Source: the human T2T-CHM13v2.0 reference genome, Homo sapiens. Taken from it: a stretch of DNA of 64,000 bases. The notes beneath the pieces are model-generated. The model was given only the letters and a program-made list of their open reading frames with translations, was not told the origin of the DNA and ran no database searches. The translations under genes and the position numbers were made by a program. The DNA lies in the NCBI RefSeq assembly GCF_009914755.1, contig NC_060930.1; one strand, 5' to 3'. Of the stretch, positions 16,274-33,343 are shown piece by piece. Position 1 is the first letter of the stretch, and each line of letters starts with the position of its first letter.

Positions 16274-17445
16274 TAACATACTATATTTATCCTTTAGTCT
16301 CATAATGTGTCAGATTTACAGATTGTAAGTTAATTTAATTTTACTCTTTGATCATTTTTTATTCCCTTAGAAAGTATCTTTCTCTCACCTCTTAGTGTCT
16401 TTCCATCTGCTTTCATATACCTATTGTCTTTTGTGATCTTAGCAGCTGTAGGACCTTGCTGATGTTACTTTAAGGCTCTGTGTTTTTATATATTCTCAGT
16501 CTTAAAAGAGATTTATCTGAGTTCTTCTGTGTATAATTCTTTTTCTTTTTAGCTTCTCCTTTCTTAGAGATCTGAGAAATGAGGTCAAGGGCATTCATAT
16601 ATTACACCACCTTTCTTCTTAACAGAATGTAAGATCTTGTCTTTAAAAGTTTAAAACTTGACAAATAAATGTCTGGGGTCATTCTTTAAGGATAATTGCT
16701 GAGAAATGCTCTATGCCCTCTCTTGTTAACCAGGCTGAAGGCATCGTTTTCTTTGAAAATTTTTTTTTTCTGATCATGATTTGTACAGTTCTGACATTTT
16801 ATCTTTTCTTTCTTATCCTTCTTATTTCTAAATTAGATACTCTTTTTCTTTTTGTAGACTTGTGATTCTAGACCTATAATACACCTATTTATATAACTGG
16901 AATTTCTATATTAGTTTAGAATTCCTGACTTTGTGTTCTGCAGTATCAATTCTGCTCTTCCAAATGCTCAGTGATGTTTAGTTTAGTATTTATAAGCTGG
17001 ATACAAGTTTACATATCTTTATACATTCTTTTGGGGGCATAGTTATTTATTATTTTAATCTCTTTTAAAGTAAACGCTACCACTTTCAGATGTCGCTGCT
17101 GTATGTTTAATAAGCTTTAATGTTTTCCTCATGACAAAATTTTGGAAATTACATTTAGAAGAAAGAAAAAAGATTACCTCTAGTTTCCCCACTTGAGAAA
17201 GAATCTCTTATACCATATTATTATGTTTCTTTTAAAAATCTCTGTTTTACCATATTATTATGTTTCTTAGATTTAATTGAAATGTAAATTTATATTTTAA
17301 AATGCACATATTTTTAAGTGTACAGCTCAATTAGTTATCCAGAAGTGACTACCCCTGTATAACCACTATCCACGTTGAGATACAGAACATCGCTTGCATT
17401 CCAGAAGCCTCTTCCCAAATCTGAACCCCTCCTTCCCAGTGGTAG

Positions 17446-18160
<715 letters not shown>

Positions 18161-18617
18161 TAAAAATTCAGCTCTTGTTTTGGTTCAAACCTCTATTGCC
18201 ATAATCTTCGATACCAGGTTTAATGGTTGACAGTAGATAAAAGTATTTAAGAATTCTTTAATGAGTTTAGAAAATTGGATTTTAGAAGATGGCAAGCATT
18301 ATTGGTAGTTAGGATATTTGTGTCCTGTTCACCTTTTATGTCAGGTGATATTTTCTGCATCTGTCACAGACTAGCTTTAGAGTTAAAAAGAACAAGTGCC
18401 AGAAGCAGTCGGTGTCCTCAGGCATTAGTCTCTGCTGTTTCCTCATTGATGCTTTCATAATTGTGTAATTTTTTAGCTTACAATGATATAACAAGTCCTT
18501 GTTGTTTTCGCCAAGCCATAAAACATTTCCCAGTTCCAGCTCTGTAGGATATCAGTGTGCTCCTTAGATGGATGGTATTAGGCTGTGTCTGCTGCCCTCT
18601 GCACTACATAGACACCC

Positions 18618-18986
18618 TGATATAGTTTGGCTGTGTCCCCGCCCAAATCTCACCTTGAATTGTAACTCCCACAATTCCCATGTGTCATGGGAGGAACCCG
18701 GTGGGAGGTGATTGAATTATGGGGGCAGGTCTTTCCTGCACTGTTCTCATGATAGTGAATGAGTCTCATGAGATCTGATGGTTCTATAAGGGGGAGTTTC
18801 CCTGCACAAGCTTTTTTTTTTTTTTTTTTACTGCTGCCATCCATGTAAGATGTGACATGCTCCTCCTTGTCTTCTGCCATGATCGTGAGGCCTCCCCAGC
18901 CATGTGGAACTGTAAGTCCATTAAACCTCTTTTTCTTCCCATTCTCAGATATGTCTTTATCAGCAGCGTGAAAATGGACTAATACA
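18618..18986 (+). mobile_element. THE1 solo LTR (MaLR)
   Basis: Starts tgatatagtttggctgtgtcccc and ends ggactaataca, with an internal attaaa. 5-bp TSD caccc/taccc. Confidence 0.92.
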
Positions 18987-20659
18987 TACCCCTTGCAATT
19001 ATGGCATCCCTTCACTGTTGACATCTGCCTCTGATCTTTCATTCCTGAATCACTCACTTTCCTATTCAATTTCCTTTCTCTTGATTATGAAGCATTGCTT
19101 CTGAAAACCCACCAAACATACTGACTAGGCACACTTCAGATTACTTTTTAAAAAACTTCATTTGGGCTCTTGGTCCTACTCAACTTACCTTTGAAGTCTT
19201 TCTGATTTTACCTTTGAAGTCTTTTTTATTTTTTTAGTCCATTCTCCACTGTATCTTTCCTCATCCTTTTTCAGTGTCAGTATCTGGACGTTTGACCTTA
19301 TGTTCTACTTACTGTTAGAAGAGAGTTCCCAGGAATGAGCATCTTTTTCCGTCTCTGTCACCCCAAAAGGTTTGCATTTTATCTCTATTTTTTTCCCATT
19401 CTTCCAGTGGGTTTCTAATTTTCTTGCTGGTTTCCTCATCCACATCTTTGCTTCTTCACTTATCCACTGTTTTTAGATCTTCAATCGGTTCTTCTGTTTT
19501 CAAAGCTCTATGGGGCTTACCCCACTGTCCTGTCACACTATCAGTAAGTTCTGTTTCTCTTCTATTATTAAATATCTAGAATTAGTAAATTGACCTCTTG
19601 CTTTTAGTTTCTCAGAATCTACACTCTCTTTTAAACCTGTCTTCCTTTCATCATTCAATTGAAGTTAAGCCCAAAAAGGTCACCAGTAAACTCCTGAAAC
19701 CCGAATTAGCCTTTTTTCAGACTTTTTTCTTATTTAGCCATATAATTTTGATATTTGAAAAAAATCTTCCTGTCCTATTTTTTCAATGCTACCATGCTGA
19801 CCTCTTCTTCCTTACCTCTTTGCTACATATCTTCATCACCATCCCTCCAAAAGTAGATGTTCTCCAATATTCAATCTTAGCCCTCTTACTTTGGTGCAAC
19901 TTCCCCTTAAAGCTGTTGTATAATTCTATGCTAGTGATACTTGCCCTATGTATCCAGCAGACTTTACTGTGAGATCTGAGTAGATGTCATGCTTTTCCTT
20001 CAGTATTCCTAACCTGGTCAGTTGATTGCATTTCGGGGCCATACTAGAGATCTGGGAAGTAATCCTAGTTTTCCTGTCTCTTCGCATTTCCTAAATTCAA
20101 CTTGGTATTGAGTTAATGAGTTATTTCTCACCAATATCTCTGAAATCCAGACAATGCCTTTCTACCTCCACTGCCTTAGATAAGCACTTATTTGTACCTT
20201 TACCGTGGATTACTGCAACAATCTCAAACCTGGTCTCTAAGCTCTTTCCATCATCCCATTGATTCTCCATGTTGCCTCCAGGGAGAGGTTTCCATAATGC
20301 AAATCTGGTTTTGTTAGTGCTTGACCTGAAATACGTTAAAGGTAGGAGCAAGGTGAGAACTGCCACCATCACCACTGTAAATGAACATGGTTCTAAAAAT
20401 TGTGTGGCCAGTTAGAAATAGGAGAAAACAAAATAGAATATAAAATTTTAAAGGTAGAACATTTTATTGTCATTTGTAATTCATGATTGTCAAATTGAAT
20501 AAGTATTAAATATATCAACTTTAAACCTATTAAAAATAATAAGAGAGTCCAATGAGAAAGTCAGTTAAAATAAATGTATAACATTGAATAACCTATAGAT
20601 ATAACAATTATCAGTTAGAAAATAAAATGGGAAAAATTACTTTTACAAGGCAGCAACTG

Positions 20660-20692
20660 TGTATGTGTGTGTGTGCATGTGTGTGTGTGTGT
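20660..20692. repeat. Imperfect (TG)n microsatellite
   Basis: gtatgtgtgtgtgtgcatgtgtgtgtgtgtgt. Confidence 0.85.
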
Positions 20693-23600
20693 ATGGGTGT
20701 AGTATTCCCAAAGAAAAAAATTAAAAATATACAGGACTCCAGATTAAGAAGATTATGTTACTTTGCTAAGAGACCTTTGAAAAAAGACTGGAATAAATGG
20801 ACAGACATATCATGTGCCTGCAACAGAATACATTTTTCCTATTGCTGTCCCTTTTTTAAGGCATTTGTCATCCAATGCAGATGCTACTATATTTGCCTCC
20901 TAACCTATCTTTCTCTTTTTGAAATTCCTGGACAATCACTCCTGTGATGCTTTTAAACCACTCTGACCATTAACCTCTTGCCATACTATTAAGTACTAGT
21001 TTTAATTTGCAAATCAATCCAGTTAAATTGTCGTTTTTATCATTGTCATCTTTGCTCAGAAACCTTCAAGAGGAAGCCCATTAATTCCCTTCAGTGTAGA
21101 GTCTGAACTTTTAATCTTGCTTTCAGGATTCAGTGTAATCCGTTTTCCTTTTTAATTTTAGTTCTCACCATCCTATGTAATCCTCTATTGCAGAACAATT
21201 ACATTTTGTTATTTGTCATATCCATGTTTTTACCCGTTTCTCTTGCTCTCCTCCGCCTCTGCCTATGGAAATTATTTCTGCCTTTTTGACTCCAGAATTA
21301 AGTTCTTCTCTTCCTTCTCTCCTCCTCTTCTTTCCTTCTCTGCTTCAGTAAATATTTTGTGTCAACTAAATATCTTGAGTGCTCGGAAATACACAGTGGA
21401 TTAATGTCAACCACCTGATACATATGTGCTAAATAGCTATTCAATGAATTAATGAAAAGGATTTTTTTAGTTTATTGGTCAGCTCTTTCCTTGCTTTTGC
21501 ATAAATTCCATAATGATTATCATAATAAACCATATTCTCTCCTGTAGTCACTTTCTATTGTAAGCTGGTTGAGTAAGTAAAGCATGTTTCTTCCTTGAGT
21601 CCCAAATTTAATATACTGCAGTATAATGTCTTGGCTGCTTTTTCAAAATGTAGAGTTAACTGTGATTTTTTTTTTCATTCTGTCTGTATCTTTCTGCCTG
21701 TTTCTATTATTCATTTTTGCTAAAGAGGCCATGTGTCATAAAGATAATTACAGTAGATTGAACAAGTTTCCCAAGGGCAAAAGCAATTGTCCACGAAATA
21801 GAGAAAAAAAGGGTATAATGATAAATAGGAAATGGAAAACTTCTTAATAAAGTAAAGCTCCTAATGAGTCAGTTGGAATTCCTGATTATTATTAACAATC
21901 ACATTAAATCATTTGAGATAAGTTACCTTATCAGTTGCATGTGTAAATATTTTAATAAAGTGGAGGGAATTGATGCAATTAAGGGATATAAATTCATTTT
22001 CTAAATTTTACACGTATTTAAAGTGTTGTATTTCCATTTTAATGTTTCCTTCTCTAAAATCCACATTTATGGGACCATTATTATTGAAGATGTTCTATAA
22101 TACATATGATTTGATCCACTATTGGTAAATTTTTATTATAGTCTTCTTAGTGAATGCATGTTTCTTTACTATCTTTGGATTTATGTAGCATTTAGTCCAG
22201 TATTTTGCATATAGGAAATGCTGAAATACTGGTTTAATAGAGTTGCTCTCTGGCATTCCATGTATGAAGATGTCTTAATGTATATGCCATACATACCTCT
22301 GTTTAGAAATTAATAGGCTTTATTGACATAAATTTCTGTTCAGTTTTTCAAGCTTTATTATATGTTTTGAAGAAACTGACACATTAGTTCAAAGCAAGTA
22401 ATTTGTATTTCTGATTAGTGTGCTTATTCTTATAACAGAAATACCTATTTTGCTGTATTAAAGTGAAAATGAAATAATTAAAAATAGAACTTATATGGCA
22501 TCTTACCCTATTAGTTTAGTTTTTTTTACTACCCTAGTAGATAGCATCTTTTAAAATAATAAGATTGATTCTCTCTTCAAATTTTACATTAAGAAATATA
22601 ACATTTTGACAAACCATTTTTTTTTCTGTAATGTCAGTAATTTTAATTCTGACTTTGATGAAAAGATTAGCATGTTGGTCTTAGCTTAAAGGAAATTCAG
22701 AAGGGCATAGGGATGAAATGTACCACAGCAGGGGCTTGTGAGTAAAGGAATACATTTTCCACTTGTGTATCCTTGGGCGGAAGCAGTAGAGCCTGGAGGC
22801 CCCTGCCCTTGAGTGTCCACATGCACACTCATACTGTAAGGGAAGAGAGTCAAACAAGAGATACCCCAGCCTTCAAAAAACCCTAGTTGGGATTCAGAAA
22901 AAAACTGCCTCTCGAAAGATTGAGTTTCGTCAGAGGAGTTATAATGCAATTATAACTTTTAAATTGCCTTAAAACTAAAACTTTCAGTTCTTCACTTACT
23001 CGGATGTATCCCACTGCCTAGAACATTTTCCTTTTTTCCACTGTGCCCCTGACCCAAAAACAGCAACAAATGCTGTCTAGCGGGTTCCTCCTTTAAGCCT
23101 CAGCTTAGATACTACTTCCACCTGAAAGCAGGCACTTCCCTCACATTCGATTATAATGGCCCCTTGCCTACTTTTATGGGACCCCATAATTCCTCTATCA
23201 TTTTACATATTACGCTACAGTATAGGTGTCTCTTTGCTTACCTGTCTCTCCATTACAATCAAGATCTGTGGAGCCAGAGACCAGGACCCTTGTGTTTATT
23301 GTCGTAACCTGTACATACTTCTGACACAGAGGAGGTTCTTAATAAGTCTTTGTTGAATAAATGGATGAATAGGTGTATACATAAATTATCTTTTAGATAG
23401 CTTTGTAATTCTGAGGAATATTTGACAAACAGTTCTTAGGACACAAAGGCAAGCTCCCTGTGAAACTTCTCTAAATATTCCTGAAATTAAAAACAAACAA
23501 ACAAAATATATATCCTTCAAATCCCATAAAACTTGTTGCTTTTACCCACATCTCTGACCTCACACCTAATTGGATGCTTTTTATTATGTGAGGGGCTCTC

Positions 23601-25009
23601 TCTACTCAACAAAATCTTGCAGTGCTACCAGAAGCCATTGCAGTGGCAGTGATAATTAATAAGAGGTCCCCTGGGGACCACATGGCACAATAGTTTTTCC
23701 TTACCAGGAAGTTCCTACATAGCAACCTTGGAGAATCTAGAGCCTCTTTGTTAGTTAGTAAAGTGCTTTTTTCTTACCTTATTATTATTTTCTTTATTGT
23801 TAGCTTGCTTAAATTTGTAGAACCAGATAGGGCTTAATTAACAAATAGAGGAATACTATTTTCATCAATTTGAATTAATCTATTCATAATTCTATATCAT
23901 TGCAGTTTTAGATCTATCTTAATCCAATTAAGTATAGATTTATGAACATTTGCTGAATCAGTGGCCTTGACATTTGGTAGTTATTATAAGTCCTGAATAA
24001 ATAAGAAGCTGGATTGGAGAGTGCCGAATAAGGTTTCAGAAACATAATTTATAGATACCTTGCACTAGAAACCTAAGTCTTATTTCTCTGATTCTCTTCT
24101 CTCCAGTAGCGGATGCTTAACATGTGGGAAGGCCCAGCACTTGAAAAAAATAGGCATAGATGAGACAGGGGTAATTTAACATAATGATCTTTGTGTCCTA
24201 TGGTATAAAAACTGAAAACTGCAAGATTAGGCAAATAATGGTTTTCAGTTTGCCTTTTCTATGAGGCACTGTTTTAGTGGATACATTCAACAGGTTTAGG
24301 TTCTGGCTGTAGCTCTGCTACTCTATTGTGAACATGAGGACAGAGTTAACCTCTGAAATTGTAATCTATGAAATTAATTTGTTGAGCCAATATTCATTGA
24401 GTTATGTTCTAATAAGACATGGTCCATGCCCTCAAAGAGCTGAAGACAACTCTTTGTCTTCAGTTGGGAAAATAAGTACAATCAAGTATTATGGGTACAA
24501 TGAATGACTTCATAGAGGAGATGATACCTAAACTGATTTTTTAAAAAAGAGACATCTCTGGCAGAGCAAGGCAAAGGGGACAGAGGAGCAGACAGAAAGG
24601 GAGGGAGAAGAGGAGTTATTAAAGGGAAGCGATCAGTAAAGGAACAAGAGCGAAGAGGCATAAGCAGCATGCTTGGATTTGAGGTGTGAGCCCGGTGCAA
24701 TGAGAAATGAAATGGGAACAACCAGATCTTGAAGAGTGAGGTTTTTAAATTTAAAAGTTTGACTAAAAAGTCTATAATGCTCTCTGTAGCTTGGATTCTG
24801 ATCTCAGAATATTGGTAGTGAATGATTGGCTATCACTATTCAAAATTAGTGATAGCCAAGAAATTACATTAGTCAAAACGAGGTTTCTCTTGTGTAATTT
24901 TCAGCCTTTGTAATAAGCATGAAAGGCTGGGAAATGGAGTGCAAATACTTTTGGTCAAAAGCACTCTCTTGCTACTTCATCTTTCATTTTACTGCCTACC
25001 TTGTTTCTT

Positions 25010-27000
<1,991 letters not shown>

Positions 27001-27636
27001 TTTAATGCATAGTTCCTGAACACCCTGGACTTTCTTCCCTTCATGTTTTCCTATGGCTCTGTAGATGTGAATGTCCTTGTCTTTTATGTCTGCCTCCTAC
27101 AGAGGTCCAGTGGGAATGCCATGGCATTGTGAAGTTGTCTGACACTGTCCCAGCTGGAATCATATAGTCCCCCTAAGAGTCTCTGTTAGTGCACCTTCCA
27201 CACTCAGTCTTGAATGAGCCATTTTTTGAAGGCAAGAGCTTTACTTTATCTTCCTCTCCAGTCCCACAATATTGAGCACAGCATCTTGTTCACAGTCTGG
27301 AACGTATCTTTTCGACATTTATATCAGATAGTAGGGAATTATGTAGCTGTTGGGTGAAGTGAAGGTGGGGGACATTCTTATAGGAAACCTCAGTCAATTG
27401 AAATATACCAATTGGAATATACTCAATCAATGGGAATCAGTTGGAATACCCTGAGGTATATCCTAAAAAGGGAATATGGACCTTTTATCAAAAACGTAGC
27501 CCTATGTTTTCCCTATTCAAAAATATGTTTACTAGTGGATGATTTACGACACTCTAAATGACTTGAGTTTTTGCTGTCAATTTTGAATTTTTGTATGTCT
27601 AAATACGTTTCTTCTTACTTCATTTTTGTTTTCTAG

Positions 27637-27705
27637 GTGGCTGACTGTTCTTGGGATGAAACAATAAAGATCTATGACCCTGCTTGTCTTACTATTCCTG
27701 CTTGA
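27637..27705 (+). CDS. PEX7: PEX7 terminal coding exon, exon 10
   Basis: Polypyrimidine tract and AG at 27635-27636. Translates VADCSWDETIKIYDPACLTIPA with TGA at 27703-27705, in frame with exon 9 and completing the last WD repeat. Confidence 0.97.
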   Translation: MADCSWDETIKIYDPACLTIPA

Positions 27706-28110
27706 GATACACTACTTTGGTCAGAAACAGAGGATGTTGGCTGAAGAACTGCCTAACAGCAAATAAATTAACTATGGAAAACATAGACATTATGCTTTTA
27801 TATGCTATTCAGATTTCAAATCTTTCCAATTTACCCTGGAATCAGTTTTGAGGGAGCTGATAAAGACTTTAGCTGACTCGTTAAGCCTGATACATAAGCC
27901 ATATTTAAAATTCTAAGAAATAATTAATGTTATGATATATCTTGTAGTATCTATTAAAATGTCTCTGGGTCATAAAATGGATTAAAATATGGGAGATCAG
28001 TAGGTTATACTTATATAGATAGTGATATATTTCATTTTTAATTTGTCATTTTTGATGTAAAATATAATCACTGCTGTGATAAATAAACTATCTATTGATC
28101 ATTTATCATT
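27706..28110 (+). other. PEX7: PEX7 3' UTR (end approximate)
   Basis: AT-rich sequence after the stop, with AATAAA at 27762-27767 and 28082-28087. Confidence 0.8.
28082..28087 (+). terminator. PEX7: PEX7 distal polyadenylation signal AATAAA
   Basis: Canonical hexamer ~380 nt after the stop, followed by T-rich sequence. Confidence 0.75.
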
Positions 28111-31100
28111 TTATAACTTCCCCCAAAAGACTGCTCTTTCTAATACATTGTATATGTGAATATAGTACTATATATAATATAGATATATCTGTGGTTCAGT
28201 AACAGGACACTAGAATATATTTAATTTATTCTTTTATTTAGTAGCTGTTTATTGAGCATCTACTCAGTGCTTGACACATAGACTCAATGAGATTCTGTCA
28301 AGGACTGGTGCCATGTTTTTAAGAACATGGAATGCTGTGAGCTAAGAGCTTACTTTTTTTTTTTTCTTAGAATTTATTCACACATTTTTAGATATTGTAC
28401 CCATGACTCTATAATTTTGTCTTCCCACTTCTCTAATATCAAAATTTTTTTAAACTGTCAATTAAACAAAAAGTTTTAGGTCCTACTAAGGCTTCTAGCT
28501 TTTGCCCTTGAAACCAGGCCTAAGTACAGCTATACGTGCTCCTTGCCACCTCCCTAAGTTTTCTTGAAAAAGCTCTAGGTGCAGATGAACTGAAAAAAAC
28601 AAAAAAAGTTGGTTAAAGAGGAAAAATCAGCAAAACAAACTACTTTGCATAACACTTATATTTTCTACATAATATTAAGATATGCTATAAATAGCAAAGA
28701 TTATAATTCTTAAGTTCTTTTTAAAGAACAAAATACGCTCATAATAATCAGAGCAAAAATAAACTAAAATATATGTATATTGTCTTCTTTATAGATTTCC
28801 TTGTTTACTTGTTGCAGAAAAAATTTAAGACAGCTTAAGATATAAAAACAAAACAACAGCATAAATTAAGAAGTGGAACCAAAGACAGAAAGTGGAGGCA
28901 AGAGTGGGGCTTGAGTATACATACCTCAAAGTCCTGTAAAGTTACTACTGACTGGGCCAAAGATTTGCCGCTAAGGTTTCTAGCTTCATAAATAGGAAAT
29001 CTGAACAGTTACACAGTTCAGTGCCTATGGCCTAGAGGGCAGACTCTGTCCTTGTGCCAGGCTTGGCCCTACCACCCTGCCTGGCACAGGCAACAGAAGG
29101 GGCTCAGCATGGGGCCTCACTATGTTGCCCAAAACTGGTCTTGAACTCCTAGGCTGAAGCCCTCCTTCCACCTCAGGCTCCCAATTACCTGGGACTATGG
29201 GTACATGCCACAGTGCCCACTTTTTTTTGGTTCTTAAATCAGCAATACAGATTGCTTTTGAGAGGACCCATAAAGAGGACACTGCTTAACCTAAGTATAC
29301 TGCAGGGAACATGGTGCTTAACCACATCCTTAGAGTTGTCACACTGATGAGTTTGACAGCCTTTTTTCTTGCTGCTTGCCTCTATATGAACTAATGGCAT
29401 TACACCAAGGTGTGGTCAGTAAAAGTGGGTCTACAATGGGTGTTCTCTGTATCAGCAGAATTTGTGATAGGCCCTAAAAGTATCCAACCCAAAGTAGTCA
29501 GGCATGGTGACGTGTGCCTGTAGTCCCAGATACTCAGGAGGCTAAGGCAGGAGGATTGCTTGATCCTGGGAAGTTGAGGCTGCAGTGACCCAGACTAAGG
29601 CATTCCAGCCTAGGTGACAGACCTTGTCTCAGAAAATATCTAACCCAGATAATATTTACAATGAAATGAAATTATTTCCTTTCCTTCTAGAATGCAAGAG
29701 ATTTTTATTAACAAAACGTTCTATCACGTATCTTTCGAAACAAAGACTTGTAATTTAAAAACTAACCTCTCCCTTGATTTATTCTTTTCCCTCTATTCCA
29801 GGGATGTTAGAGATATTCAGATCATTGGCTTCATAATATATAACTCAGGTTCTTGGAGTCTATCAATATGAGAGTGGGTGAATGCTTATCCAGTTGGTTC
29901 CCTGGAACTAGAATTGGAAAACTCTGAGGAGCAGACCTGGATTCTCTCCTGAAAGACAATGTGCAAGATTTTTGAATCCTTGGTAGCTCACAAGCTAAGC
30001 AGCATTTGGACTTCAGAGGATGACCAGTCATTCTTTCCGGGTTGGGAAATCAGCATTTGTCTCCTGGCTGCTGAGCTCTTAGCTTTCATCTTGTCTGCCT
30101 CCCCACAAGCTCCTCCTACACCTGCAGGGAACTCAGTTACTGATTGTGGTCAGGGCACCGTGTAAGATGCTTTATATATGTTATCACTTTTAATCTCTAT
30201 AACATCCCTGCAAGGTAGCCCTCCTTATTTTCAGGACAAGGAAGCCAACGTTCTCAGGAGTCATAATAGCGAAAAAATAATGAAACGAATTTGAAATCTG
30301 GAATGATTGAATCCAAACCCATGGTCCTGCCACATAGCCTCCTTTTCTTAGGAATAACAGAAATTAGCACACTGAGAAATAGTTAAGATGTAGAACTCTC
30401 TGGCTGTACCTGATTATTCCTGAGAGAACTGACAGAATTGAGTTTCCAAGTCTCAAGAGCTAAGCTGAACCTTAGTCTGGAGTGACCCTACCAAGGTCCA
30501 TCACACCCAGGGAGATCCAGGCTGAGAGTCAGCTATCCTTTCTGCCTTTGGCACTTCTTAACTGTGTATCTTAGCAATAATTTGGCTCTTCCAAAAATGA
30601 ACTCGAATTTTTTACTTAACAGGCTTTTCCTTGTATATGCTGATCCACTTAATTGTTTTTTACTTTCATGTTAATAATATTCTCAAATCTGTACACCTAC
30701 CTTCCCCACCTGGGTTTCCCACAAGCCTTTGCATTCATTTTGTTCCAACCAAACTCACTTGCCTACTAACCCAGCTTTTACTCCTACACATGCCTTTTCA
30801 TTTGTTGTCAAAAGTCAAGCTGTTAACAAAAGATCCATTTGGGTCAAGCTAAAGACCTAAACACCATCCTTGGTCCTTCCCTTATTCCCACTTCTCCACA
30901 CACATCAAATGAGATCCTTTTTACCCCCTCATCACTGCTCCCTTATATCTCTTCCCCTCAATCCAACCACCATTGCCCCAGTTCAAGCCATCATTAGCTT
31001 TTCTCTGGACAATTGCAGCAGCTTCCTAAATGGTGTGTCTGTTTCCAGTTCTGTGTCCTCAGAGCCATCCTCCTCAACACAGCTGCCGGAGACGGATCTC

Positions 31101-31370
31101 AAATGCAATCTGATTACATCAATTTCAGTATAAAACCTTTCTCTGCTTATAGGATTACCTATGGGGAAAAATTCAAGCTTACTAACCAAGCAGCCAGGGT
31201 CCTCTGGGGATAGCCCTTGCCTCTGTCTGCAGCACCGCTTCTCTTCACACAAAACCAGTGTGCTCACAAATTCTTCATGTAAGTGATGCAAGTTTTCAGC
31301 TGGTCCATGTGCCTGGACTGCCCTGCTCTTGGCTTGGTAAGTTCTTACCCATAATTTAAAAGTCACATTA

Positions 31371-32718
<1,348 letters not shown>

Positions 32719-32914
32719 CAAAATTTTAAATTACCCTTTGACCCAGCAATTCCACTTCTAGGATTCCCTCTCTCCCCCTTTCCCAAAATACCTGTAGAAG
32801 TATGGCTATGTCCAAGGGTATTCATTACATCGTTTGCTAAAACCCAAATGCCTGTCAACAGAAAGGTTATACTGTAGAACAGTTATTGAAAAGAATAAGT
32901 CATTTGAAAAAATA

Positions 32915-33343
32915 TGCTATTTCTATGTAAAAAATCACTCCAAAACTTAGTAGTTTTAAACAACACACATTTATCATCTCACAGTTTCTATGGTCAGGAA
33001 TCCAGAAACAACTGAGTTGTTTGAGCTCAGGTTTTCTCATGACATCACAGCTATTCACATGGTTATCAGGCCTCAATTACTCAACCACATGGGATTTTCC
33101 ATAGGCAGAATGTCCCTACAATGTGGCATTCGGCTTCCCCAGACTCAATGATACAAGAGAAAAAAGGACATACAAGATGGAAGTCTCAGTATAACCTAAA
33201 GTCAGGAGTGACCGTCATCACTTCTGCCAGGTTCTGTTAGCTACACAGACCAACCCTGGTACAGCGTGGGAGGAGTTAACATAAGGGTGTGAATACCAGG
33301 AAGCGGGTATCACTGGAGACTATCTAGAAGGCTAATTACCATA
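32915..33343 (-). mobile_element. MLT1-family LTR (MLT1F-like)
   Basis: aaaacttagtagttttaaacaacacacatttatcatctcacagtttct...gggtgtgaataccaggaag. Confidence 0.72.
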
